DNA of 64,000 bases from the human T2T-CHM13v2.0 reference genome, Homo sapiens. Position 1 is the first letter of the stretch; each line of letters begins with the position of its first letter. Where the stretch lies: the NCBI RefSeq assembly GCF_009914755.1, contig NC_060947.1; one strand, given 5' to 3'. The notes under the pieces were generated by a model that made no database searches, was not told the origin of the DNA, and saw nothing but the letters and a program-made list of their open reading frames with translations. This document shows, in pieces, positions 38,285 to 52,227 of this stretch. A program made the translations under genes and the position numbers.

Positions 38285-40576
38285 TGATATGGTTTGGTTC
38301 TGAGTCCTCACCCAAATCTCATCTCAAATTGTTATCCCCACGTGTTAGGGGGTGACTAGATTATGGGGGCGGCTGTTCCCATGTTGTTCTTGTGATAGTG
38401 AGTTCTCAGAATATCTGATGGTTTAAAAGTATTTAGCAGTTCCCCCTTTTCTCTTTCTCCTGCCACCATGTGAGATGTGCCTTGCTTCCCCTTCACCCTC
38501 TGCTATGATTGTAACTTTCCTGAGGCCTCCCCAGCCATGTGGCCTTGTGAGTTAAACCTTTTTTGTTTACAAATTACCTAGTCTCAGGTAGTATCTTTAT
38601 GGCAGTGTAAGAGGCACTAGCATTGAGAATTGGTACCAGGAGTGGGGTACTGCTAAAAGATAACCTGAAAATGTGGAAGTGACTATGGAATTGGGTAACA
38701 GGCAGAGGTTAGAACAGTTTGGAGGGCTCAGAAGAAGAGAGGTAAATGTGGGAAAATTTGGAACTTTCTAGAGACTTGTTGAATGGTTTTGGCCAAAATG
38801 CTGATAGTGATATGAACAATGATGTCCAGGCTGAGGTGGCCTCAGATGGAGATGAGGAACTTATTGGGAACTGGAGCAAAGGTGACTCTTGCTATGCTTT
38901 AGCAAAGAGACTAGTAGCATTTTCTCCCTGCCCTAGAGATCTGTGAAACTTTGAACTTGAGAAAGATGATTTAGGGTATGTGGCAGAAAAAATTTCTAAG
39001 CAGCAAAGCATTCAAGAGGTGACCCAGCTGATTCTGAAAGCACTCAGTCATGTGTGTTCACAAAGAGATGCCTTCACATTGGAACTTATGTTTAAAAGGG
39101 AAGCAGAGCATAAAGGTTTGGAAAATTTGCAGTCTGACCATGTGGGAGAAAAGAAAAAACCATTTTCTGGGGAGGAATTCAAGCTGGCTATAGCAATTTG
39201 CATGAGCAATGATGAGCCAAATGTCAATAGACAAGACAATGGGGAAAATGTCTCCAGGGCATGTCAGAGATCTTCCCTAGGAGGAAAAATGGTTTAGTGG
39301 GCTGGGTGGGCCCCACTGCTCTGTGCAGCCCTGGAACATGGTACCCTACATCCCAGCTGCTCCAGCTCCAGCCATGGCTAAAAGGAATAAAGGTACAGCT
39401 TGGGCTGTTGCTTCAGAGGGTGCAAGCCCCGAGCGTTGCCAGCTTCCACGTGATGTTGGGCCTGAGGGTGCACAAAAGACAAGAGGTGAGGTTTGGGAGC
39501 TTCTGCATAGATTTCAGAGGATGTTAGGAAACGCCTAGATGGCCAGGCAGAAGTCTGCTGCAGGGGTAGAGCCCTCATGGAGAACCTCTGCTAGGGCAGT
39601 GCTGAAGGGAAATGTGGGCTTGGAGCCCCCACAAAGAGTCACCACTAGGGAACTGTTTAGTGGAGCTGTAAGAAGAGGGCCACTGTCCTCTAGACCCCAG
39701 AATGGTAGCTCCACTGACAGCCTGCACCATGCACCTGGAAAAGTCACAGGCACTCAATGCCAGCCCATGAAAGCAGGCACAGTGCCTATCCCCTGCAGAG
39801 CCACAGGGTTGGAACTGCCCAAGGCTGTGGGAGCCTAGCCCTTGTATCAGCATGGCCTGGATGTGAGACATGGAGTCAAAGGAGATTTTGGAGCTTTAAG
39901 ATTTAATGACTGCCCGGCTGGGTTTTGGACTTGCATGGGGCCTATGGCCCCTTTGTTTTGTCCAATTTCTCCCATTTGGAATGGGGACATTTACCCAATG
40001 CCTATACCCCATCGTATCTTGGAAGTAACTAACTTGCTTTTGATTTTACAGGTTCATAGGCAGAAGGGACTTGACTTGTCTCAGATGAGACTTTGGACGT
40101 GGACTTTTGAGTTAATGCTGGAATGAGTTTTAAGACTTTGGAGGGCTGTTGGGAAGGGATGATTGGTTTTGAAATGTGAAAAGGACATGAGATTTGGGAA
40201 GGGTCGGGGCAGAATGATATGGTTTGGCTCTATGTCCCTACCCAAATCTCATTTGCAATTGTAATCCACAAGTATTAGGGAGGGACTGGTGGGAGATGAA
40301 TGGATTATGGGGGCACTTTTCCCCATGCTGTCCTCGTGATAGTGACTTCTCACAAGATCTGATGGTTTAAAAGTGTTTGGCAGTTCCCTCTTTGCTTTCT
40401 TTGCTCTCCTGCCGCCATGTAAGACATGCCTTGCTTCCCCTTTGCCTTCCACCCTGATTTTACATTTCCTTAGGCCTCCCCAGCTATGAGGAACTGTCAG
40501 TCAATTAAACCTCTTTTGTTTATAAATTACAGTCTCAGGTGGTATCTTTATAGCAGTGTGAGGACAGACTAATACA
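38285..40576 (+). mobile_element. Full THE1D-type MaLR provirus (LTR-int-LTR) in CHM intron 14
   Basis: LTRs at ~38285-38622 and 40215-40576, internal MaLR ORF remnants (ORFs 38746, 38980), TSD agcct/agccc. Confidence 0.9.
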
Positions 40577-41012
40577 AGCCCACATGTGATACTGGTATAG
40601 TCTAATTTAGCATATAGTAATTTTAACAAGTCACTGTTCAAATGAAGAAAACTCTTCACTGTTTGTTCAACTATTTGCTTTTTGATAGAATTTCCATTCC
40701 CTGGACTTTAAGGACTATAGCACTTGTTTAAGCTCATGGGTTTTGAAAAGATAGCCTCAGTAAAAATACTGGCTCTACGATTTAGCAGTTATGTGATTTG
40801 GGGAATGCTTTCTCAATTTCCGAGCTTTGGCTTCCTTATCTATAAAATATCAGAGATTAAGCCGACATATATGGTAGCTATTTTCATTATTACTAATAAT
40901 AACATAAGTAAAAATGTCAAGATTTAAGCTGAACTTATTAGTATGACAGGGTAACAGAATAAAAAACCTTCAAGGGTATGTTCTTGGACATGCCAATTAC
41001 TATAGACAATTT

Positions 41013-41134
41013 AAGTTTTTAAATACTTAATTGACAAAAAGTATATATATTTAAGGTGTACAAGGTCACTTGATATACACTGTGTAATGATTACCACAAT
41101 TAAGTTAACACGTCCATCACCACTAATAGTTACC

Positions 41135-41174
<40 letters not shown>

Positions 41175-41450
41175 TAGTAAGAATACTTAAAATCTGCTCT
41201 CTTGTCAAATTTGAATTGAAGAATCCTGTCATTTATGACAAGATAAATGAACCTGGAGGACATTATGCTAAGTGAAATAAGCCAAGCACAGAAAGACAAA
41301 TATCACATGATCTCACTTATATGTAGAATCTAAAAAAGTTGAGGGTGGTTGCCAGGGGCTGGGGAGTGTAGAGCTGTTGGTTTAAGGGTATGAACTTTCA
41401 GCTATAAGTTCTGGGGATCTAATGTACAGCATGGTAACTATAGCTAACTG
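41013..41450. mobile_element. L1MA 3' end in two opposite orientations, with (TG)n at 41137-41171
   Basis: 41013-41217 is antisense 3' terminus; 41220-41445 is sense upstream 3'UTR. Confidence 0.7.
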
Positions 41451-43139
41451 CATTTTTTATTATGGCTATTTGGAAATTAAACATTACAGATGCCTGTCTT
41501 TGCTCTCCATCCCGGAGACTCACCATACTCCTTTGCTAGAGACACGCAACCCCTGTAGAAGCAGGACCTAGATCAGACAAAGCCATTACCTCATACTTCC
41601 GTTCCCCTAATGGTCTTTTTGTCTTACATCTCTGTTTTTACTATCTGTAAAAGTTCTCCCTCCCTTTTATCTTTGGCATGCAAACAATCATCAAATTCTA
41701 TCAATTTTATCTTCTATCTCTTAACTTCATCTGTTCCTTCCCCACTGACATAGCCCAGACATGCACCATCTTTCAACTAGACAACTACAATAGCCTCAGA
41801 ATTGGACTGGTCTCCTTGCCTCTAGAGTTCCCCCATATAATCCATCTCCATGCCATCCTCAGATGGGTCAATGGAAAATAAAATTCTGTTTATTCCATTT
41901 TTGGCTTAAAATTCTTCAATGACTCCCCATCACCAATAGGATAAAATCCAAGATTCCTACTATAGAAAATAAAACCCTTCAGGCCTACCTTCTCTGATCT
42001 TATCATATACCATTTCATCTAGCCTCCATCTCTCAGACTTCTTGATTTACTAATACCTGTTTATTTGTATGAAACAATACACCATGATATTTATCTTTTA
42101 CATCCTGGACTGGTACCAATGTTATTCTTCACATCCAGAATGTTTCAATTCTACTGTCTTTGATTTAGATGGAGAATTGCTACTCTTCTGTTATACCCCT
42201 CTCCGTAAGGTTCTCTGACTCCTAGATTGGGCTCATTTCTCCTTTCTGTTATTTCTAGACTTTGGATATATTAGTACATACGCCACACTACACTGTCATT
42301 TGTTTACATGCTTTTCTCCTTTACCTGACAGTGATTCCTCCAGGATGACAAATACTTTTAGTCAACTCTGGATCCTTAGTGCCTTGGCATAAAATAGAAT
42401 GTCAGTAACATTTAATACAAATATTAAGTATAAATATAATAATTATTATTACTACTAATTCTTTTACTTCTTCTATGCTAGTTCCTCTGTGTTTGACACC
42501 TTGTCTCCCTTTTGCCTCCTCCCCATAGAATAGCTTTTACCCTAAACTCCAGTCTCTGTGGCTGGATCCCACACCACATACTTCCATATATCTTGTCATG
42601 CACCACCTGCCTCCTAAGATTAGCACCAGTTGCAGGTTGTCACACCACTCTTTCTTGTGTTCTACCTGCTTATGAAACTCCCACCTATAGCCCATCTGCC
42701 CTGGCCCTTGTTGATGCCAATTTCCAATAGCCAGACTCCAGCCCTTCCCAAATCTCTCCTCTCTCTAACTGCTGCAACCTCTTAGGGTCAACTGCCATGC
42801 TCTGGAAAGTGTATCTAATGCTTCTTGGTCTGCTGCATTTTGTTTGCCAACTAAACCTAGTTCTAAGCACAGAATAGTTGATTGGCAACTTTTCATCCTC
42901 TTCACCTTTTTTAAGCCAGAAGTTAGATCAAAGGGTAAAAAATTTCAGGTGGTTAAAACATTGGAAAGGGCTAATTATATTGTGACTTGGTGTGCTCACA
43001 CTGGCAAGTACAGAGAGAACAAAGTGAATTATTTAAAATATTTCTATGTTTAGTTAACATACATCAACACAAACAAAATTAAACATTTCATCAATATAGT
43101 ACTTTAATGTTTTTAGGATGTATGCCTACTCATAAGCTG

Positions 43140-43405
43140 AAAGTAGCATATAACACTGGGTGAGTGTACAAGCACTGGGATCCAAAAGAGTTGAGTTTAA
43201 TTCTTGGCTCAAGAACTTACTAGCTATGGGGCCTCTGGACAAGTTATTCAGCCCCTTCAGGACTTAGCTTCCTTATCTATAAATGGGTATATCACAAATA
43301 CTTATCTCATAAGATTGTTTTGAGGACCAAATAAGATAATATATATGAGATGCTAAGGATAGAATCTGACACACAGAAAGTGCTCAAATGAATGGCAGCT
43401 ACAGA
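43140..43405 (+). mobile_element. MIR SINE
   Basis: ggacaagttattcagcccc...cttccttatctataaatggg core. Confidence 0.7.
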
Positions 43406-44147
43406 AAATATGACATCTAAAATTGCTCGCTCTCTCTCAAAGGCATGAGAAAACAAATGGCACTACCGTATGTGAACAACCTGATAGTTCAATCTATACA
43501 GTTAGCTCTCAACTTAATAATGGGCTGTATATCAAACGTCGTAAGTGACTGGCTAATCTGTCCATAAAACAATGCTCTAAATGGTGGTTAAGTTGCCTGC
43601 CCAGCCCAACATCAGCCAATTTAACTCATTTTATACTTGAAGTAAAATACAAAGAGTATGGTACTATTTATTCTTATTCCCATGGTAGTGACATCTCCAA
43701 GAGGGTGGGGCTCCTGAAGGAGTGAGCTATCAATGTCTTGGGAATGAGGACTATGGAACTGTCCATCAGTACGTTTGGGTAAATGGTACACAACATCTAC
43801 CAAGAAAAGAGATATATCAGATGTCAGTTTCAGAAAAATAAAAACAAAACTGAAATACAAAAATGAGCAAGTCATAGAAAGAATCACAACTATCACTTAG
43901 GTTGGTATTGCGGTGGCAATAGAGAATGTCTTGGAGGCCAGGAGCACACAATTTGAACTTGTGGGTATTAAAGACAGATCACTTTATGTTTTCGGTGCAT
44001 CTTCAAATCATAAATGGTTCCCTATGAAAACAAGAGTGTCAAGTTTACATTACTCAACCTCTATACATTTTACAAATAAGAAAAGATGTAAACCTGCCAA
44101 CTGGTAAAATGAAGTATTTCATTTGCTTTTTAAAAATGAAGAAATCG

Positions 44148-44440
<293 letters not shown>

Positions 44441-45938
44441 GAAGAAATCTGCATGGGCTTGTGTTGTCAACACAAGCAAAGTCTAGGTGATATTCTGAGA
44501 GCTTTTATGGATAATCTTCATTTGGAAAATACCAATCACCAGAAATCACCAATTAGTGACTGACATAATTACAGGCTGATACACAGGAATTAGCATGCAG
44601 TTTATCTGAATACACAAGCTATTTATAAACATTGTCAATGTTCTTTAAAGTAGACATTATAATATTTCCCCCAAAATTGATGAGATTAAAAGCTATACAA
44701 CAAATTTAAAACTGCTTACATTTAATAGCATATATTAATTAGTACCAAAATTAGCACTATACTGTTTTCTACTGTATAGCATGTTACCTCTGAAGATTAT
44801 ATTCTTGAGAAGCAAATTACCTCATGATAAAATTATCCCTCAATTATAATCTTCTAGCATGCAGTTTAGATGTTTAGCTTACATTAGTACTTGTATTATA
44901 AGCCCTTACTTAAATTTTTTTGGTTAAAAAATATTAAAAGTTCATTCAGGGATAAAAATGACCTAAGCTACCTTGCTAAAAACTTGTTGGCAATTTCTAC
45001 TTGCAAAAAATTAGAACATCAAGGTAAAAATGACTTGATCATTTCAAGCTATAAATGCAGATCTTCAGCCATCTTGGGTTCTTACTAAACTAACAGAAGG
45101 AATGATGGATGAGAGATGTGACTTCCTATTTTTGTTTGGTGTCACTGGCTGAATATGATTATCCAGGATCACCATCAGGCACTGAAGAAAATACACAAGA
45201 ATTCTAGAAAAAAACTGCAGATGTCTGTATCCTCATGATAGACATAGCTTTGCTACAATGACTCAAAATTAGATTACAGGCTCAACCAGGACATTTGCTA
45301 CTATAAGATCCTTGCCACTGGCGGGAATGAAAGTTCCATCTGTGGTCTTAGAACAATGTTAAATTACCCAATTATTGACTTAATGGACAGATGTGCCAGT
45401 TCTACCCGTGAAAAGTTTAGAAATGTGTCTCAAAAAATATTTTCTGTTTGTTTTCGTCCTGTCCAGGGCAAAGAAGTATATTTATATATACATATCAATA
45501 TTCAGCTTAATGGAATCATGGCTCACTTTTAGCAGCTTGTATCAAACTGTGCCTCTTCATAGCCCTGACCGGGATGGCTATCACAAACTTCCACCTTACT
45601 TTACAATAGACCTCAGCAGCAGTAATGGTAGCTCCTGGGACAGGAATTTGTGTCAAAACATAAATAGAATCAAGTTAACTATGTAAAACTACGCTATAAC
45701 TTATTTTCTATGATTAAAAAATGCATTAAGACTACTGTAAAATTAATTTTATAAGCCTTAGTAGTTACAACCTTCTTGACTGTTTACCAAGAAAAATAAT
45801 TTATGTATTTCAAAATAATATAGCAATCGTCCAACTGTTTAAGTTAGAAACAATGTTTCTTTAAAATATTGGCATTATAAATTCTTATGAAATATGTATT
45901 TTTAGCATCTTCTATCGTCATTCCCACGATGGAACTCA

Positions 45939-46349
<411 letters not shown>

Positions 46350-48899
46350 TTATTTACATTCTAAAATACAATATGTTTGTCAATTACTACACTGTGTAGC
46401 CTATTACCGATTAAGCCATGACTAGACATAGTAGGAAATCAGAGCTTCGTATGTAAACATTTAGTAAATTTGCATCTACACACTCTATTTTGATTAGTAA
46501 GTTAATTAGATTTTACTCCAGTCATGCTCCTTTGGACTTCTATTACTTCTTCTCACTAGTATCAAAGGGTTTATGATCACATTCATCCTAAAATTTTCCC
46601 TATAGAGAAGATAACATAAATTGATTTCCTTATGTTTCAAATGGACAAACCAACTTGATAAATTATATAGTTATTCAATAGTATATACACATGAAATATC
46701 CAGGATAAGCAGGAAGTGGGTTAGTAGGTTACCTAGGGCTGAAGGAAATTGGGGGCAAATGGGAGGTGATCACTAATTGGTATGACGTTTCTTTTGGGGT
46801 GATGGAAATGTTCTAAAACTGATGGTGGTGATGTATGGACAATTCTACAAATATGCTAAGAGACAATGAATTGTACACTTCAAATGGGTGAATCATATGG
46901 TATATGAATGATATCTCAATAAAGTTATTATTAAAAAAATAGTAAATACAGGATTAAAACTTTGTTGTCCTAACTCACATCCTAATGCTTTGTCTTATTG
47001 GATTAAAAAATTAATGACAACCAACAAATATCAAAAATGAAGTCATAACAGTGAATGCCATTTTGAGCACATGTTCTCTCATTTAAGAGCATGTGTCTTT
47101 TATGCGTGTTAGGCATTGAGCTAGGAGCTGGGGATATACACATGAAGTAGACTTAGTTCTTACTCTCCTTCCTTGTTTTTGGTTCCCTAATATAGGGCCT
47201 AGCACACGACAGATGCTCAGTAAATAATTTCTGAATTGATGTTATTGTATTTTCAGGTATGATCAAAGTACGATGTGCTTATAAAAAGGTCCAACATTAC
47301 TAATCTCAATGCATAAAGCCTATTTCTTGCTAATTTGATAATCATTTATTTGCCTCTCTTCTTTAAAACTGTTATAATTAAATTTTCTGTTTGAAAACAT
47401 AAAATACTGCTGTTGATACATTCATTGACTAGAGAGTTTTCTTTAGCCTGAATCTGAACAAAAGTTCAAATTTTGTACAATAATAATGAATGTTTATGAA
47501 GATTGCCCAAGACCATGAGGCACCTCATGAATAACAAAGAAAATGCTAAAGGCATAATTATCTCATTAATTACTATTATTTAATTGGTAATCAATGTAGA
47601 GAAATCTTCACCTAATAGCAGTATTCAATTAACAAGAAAGCCCTATTTCCCACATCAGGATAAACAGGATTTTATTATATTTAATTTACAGTATCTCCAC
47701 TATAAGAACACCAAATAAGTTATTTTCCTAGTTCAACCTGAATAATCCATAATTATTAGTGGAATAGGATGAAGAAACTGAGTGGAAGAAGTGATCTCCT
47801 AAGGTGCCCCTTTCTGGTGCTAAGATCTACGAGTCATCTAAGATATTGCTAACTTCATGTAGGAACATATTAGGTGGCTAAATCTATTGACAAAATAAAG
47901 GAACATAAGGAATTCATATTTTATAGCTAACATCATATGGCTCTTAGTAAACTGATTAATGAGTTTAGTTACACGAATCTTATGGGAAGATACTTAAATG
48001 TATCTCCTATGATTTGGGATACCAGACTTGGGGAGCACTGCTAACAAGTGGGCTAAGGTCTGGAAAGTCTTTAATAGTGCCCAGCCCATTTCTAAGCATA
48101 TACTAGGAGAGCTTATCTTGTATCTCATTAAACATCCAGCTCAAAGGAACACTTCACTTAATAAACGCTGGAGGAAATGAATAATCCAATAGATTTAAAC
48201 TAATTTCATAGACGTTGCGCCTTTGAAAAGAAACCATGAGGAAGGTGAAAAACTGACATAGGCTGAAGATAAATGCTCTGGATACTAGGGCATTATCAGG
48301 CTTTGACCTTAAAACTTTAAAGAGATATATAATTGCTTCATCTTTCTTTGAGGTCAGCTGGAAGGCAAAGAGATAGCTAGAAAAAGAATATGCAGTTGTG
48401 AAGTGCAAAACTGTCAAAAAATATTAAAGTTGCTGAGCTTTGGCTAGGAGTGCATCACAAGTTGCCAGGGGTAGAACTGGTTTTCTGCAGTAGCTCATTT
48501 CATTCAACTTGATAGTAAGAAGGACTAAAGATGTAACAGGTAATTTAGAATAGGGTCTTGGGCAAATTAAACTGGAGTAAGTGTAGAATAGGGTAGGTAG
48601 AAGAAAAGCAACTATAGCACAACAATAACAAGAAAGCAAGAAATGGTGTCTACAGCTGCATGCCATGTTTAGGGATAGAGTAAACTATGTTAGTAATACC
48701 AGCAGAGTGGTGGAGACTGTCATAGCCCTGACTGAGTCTGGATACAGCACACACAGAAAGGAATTAAGACATTTGCTTTCACAGCCCAACAATTACTTAA
48801 CACACTAGCTATGGACTTTAAACTACACCTATAAGGGAAATTTCTGTTTTTTTAGGCAGTGCTGCTCTTTGAGATAGAAAATGAGTGAGACGCTTCACT

Positions 48900-49330
48900 G
48901 ACCATATGATTCTATACCTAGAAAATCCTAAAGATGCCATCAAAAGGCTCCTTGAATTGATAAACGACTTCAGTAAAGTTTTAGGACACAAAAATCAGTA
49001 GGATTTCTATACACTAATAACAATCAAGCACAGGGCTAAGTCAAGAATGCAATCCTATTTACAATGCCACAACAAATATTTACAAGTCATGTATCTGATA
49101 AGGGATTAATATCCAGAATATGTAAAGAACTCCTACAACTCAACAACAACAAAAAATCCAATTAAAAATGTGCAAAGGAAATGAATAGATATTTCTCCAG
49201 AGAAGACAGACAGATGGCCAATAAGTTCTTGAAAAGATGTTGAACATCACTAATCGCTGGGGGAGAAGCAAAGCAAGACTACTATGAGATACTACTTCAC
49301 ACGTACTAGGATGGCTATTATATAGATTTT
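48900..49330 (+). mobile_element. L1 ORF2 fragments
   Basis: atatgattctatacctagaaaatcctaaag; tatccagaatatgtaaagaactcctacaactc. Confidence 0.7.
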
Positions 49331-50429
49331 TTTTAAAAGGTGACTAGGCTGACTTTCACTGAGGATTATGAAGCACAGAGAATGTAGAATTCAAAGACAA
49401 ACAAAAAGAAAATATGCCCAAATAATGTTATTCCTTTGGTACATGTTTTAAACTAAAATATTTACAATGCAGTAAAGCATAAGGTATTATATGAATGTCA
49501 AATAATCAAAACATAATACTAAAAGCCATCAATCTGTGAAAATAGGGGCTTCTCCTACAGAGAAGAATGTGCTTTAATGTATTAGAAGTTCATATTGCTC
49601 ATAAAGTTCCTTCTTCCTCATTTAGGCAGGAAAATGAATTGAGTTCTCTTCTCCAGGTGACTTTGCCTTTTTGACCTGCTATGGCCCAGTGCTCACTTTA
49701 TCTGGTGATTCATTTTCAATAACTCCAACAGTATTTGTTCTGACATTTTAATTAAAATATGACCACTACCTCATCCTGATGATAAAAAGGCCTATGTGTC
49801 AGTGAAAACTAGCTTTTCAGTGCCTCAGTGCACCTGAGGACCCTTCTGAGCACATAGTTCTTATCAAAGAATTCCTCTCAGGTTCTAAACAATACATCAT
49901 TTCAAAATGGGATCACTTTAACTATTAAGATTAATGTTTAAAAATCTAAAATGGATAGAGGATGCTAAGTAATGAACATGTAATTTCCCCCAGCTTGATT
50001 TTTTTTAAAGAAAATTAAATGCATTTAAAAAGTGAAGAGTAATGACATGATTCATATTTAGTGCATTGAGACTACTACACAATGAAATTACAATATAAGA
50101 ATTATTTAAAATTTCAGAAATAATTAAGAAACTCAGGGTTTCTACACAAAGTATAGTTGTAGTTAAAGCCAAAAGAAAAAACTATGACTCCATATTAGAT
50201 TTAGGAATATTATCATGTATTTTACCTTAGCAATCAAATTTTTAATAATCTAAACATTTATATGATACTTTCCAATAAAGAAAATATGTAACTTACAAAT
50301 TAATAAATTAAAACTAAAATAATTTAATTTGTAAATTAACCCCCAAATTAAAGTGAAGTTTTCAAATACTTCATTTGGGTAGCTCCCAAAAAACATAATT
50401 GATATTAGCCTCTGAGAACATAACAGGTT

Positions 50430-50872
50430 CATTATGTTAAGTGAAATAAGCTAGGCACAGAAAGACAAACTTAATGTGTTCTCACTCATTTGTGGGAGCT
50501 AAAAATTAAAACAATGTAATTCATGGAGATAGAGTGTACAACGATGGTTATCAGAGGCTAGGATGGGTAATGGAGAAGGAAGAGGGAAAAGTGGGGATGG
50601 TTAAAGGGTGCAGAACATAAATAGAATGAATAAGATCTAGCATTTGATAGCACAACAGGGTGAGTACAGTCATTTACAGTGTACTTTAAAAATAACTAAA
50701 AGAGTATAACTGGAATGATTGTAACACTGAGAAATGATAAATGCTTAAAGTGATGGGTATCCCATTTACCATGATGTGATTACTCCACATTGTATGCCTG
50801 TATCAATATATCTCATGTACCCAATAAATATATACGCCTAGTATGTACCCATAAAATTAAAAAAAAAATTAA
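50430..50872 (+). mobile_element. L1MA 3' end
   Basis: attatgttaagtgaaataagctaggcacagaaagac...gtacccataaaattaaaaaa. Confidence 0.85.
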
Positions 50873-51315
50873 AGAACAGAACAGTTTGTCTTCTTATGTA
50901 AATAAACCCCCCTCTATGCACTATCTCTGCATTAAGAAAATAAGCAACCCACATAGGAAATGAGCTGCAAGGAAACAGAACAGGTATGAGTAAATAAATG
51001 GTTGCATGAACAAAAGTAACATGCAAAGAAAATAAAGATATATAAATCAATGGAAGAAAATGATCAAGATTCAAGTGCACATGCAAATCCTACAATAAAA
51101 ATCACCTTCACTTCATATAAAAGAAAATGCAAAAGGCTTCTTTTATCATTTACACAGAAAATATGCCATATTTTCTCCATTCACAGCTGCAAGTGCTACC
51201 CTATTATGTAGGGGGAAAGTTTTAAAATGTGTTTCCCCCATGAATAAGTAGCATATACACTTTTGGGAGTTAAATATTAAATCACTAGCACACTATGTAT
51301 TAAAAGACTATTAGA

Positions 51316-51662
<347 letters not shown>

Positions 51663-52068
51663 TTAGTTGAATCTTTTTTCCTTAAAGGAAGATACATTTC
51701 TCTGATAAAGGAATATATGCTTTTTGTACAACACTTGTAAAATAAAGAAAATTATAAGGAAAATTGCCCATAATCCCACCAAAATTAACTGATTTTCTAA
51801 CAATCCTTTTTCTGTGTAACTATACATATAAATGTATATTTTTGTGCTTAATTATGTTTTTTTGGTGTGTGTATGATGTATATACTTCCTTTAACATTGT
51901 AGAGTGAACATTTTCCCACATGTTTAGGCAGACACTGTGCTCAAGCATCTTATCAAAACATGTGAATTGTTGTTGAATACATCCCATTTCAGTTCAGGTT
52001 GCAGAAACTTTCATGATATATCTAAGAAGATTATGATGGTTACATTACCTTTCCATCATGAGTTATCA

Positions 52069-52227
<159 letters not shown>

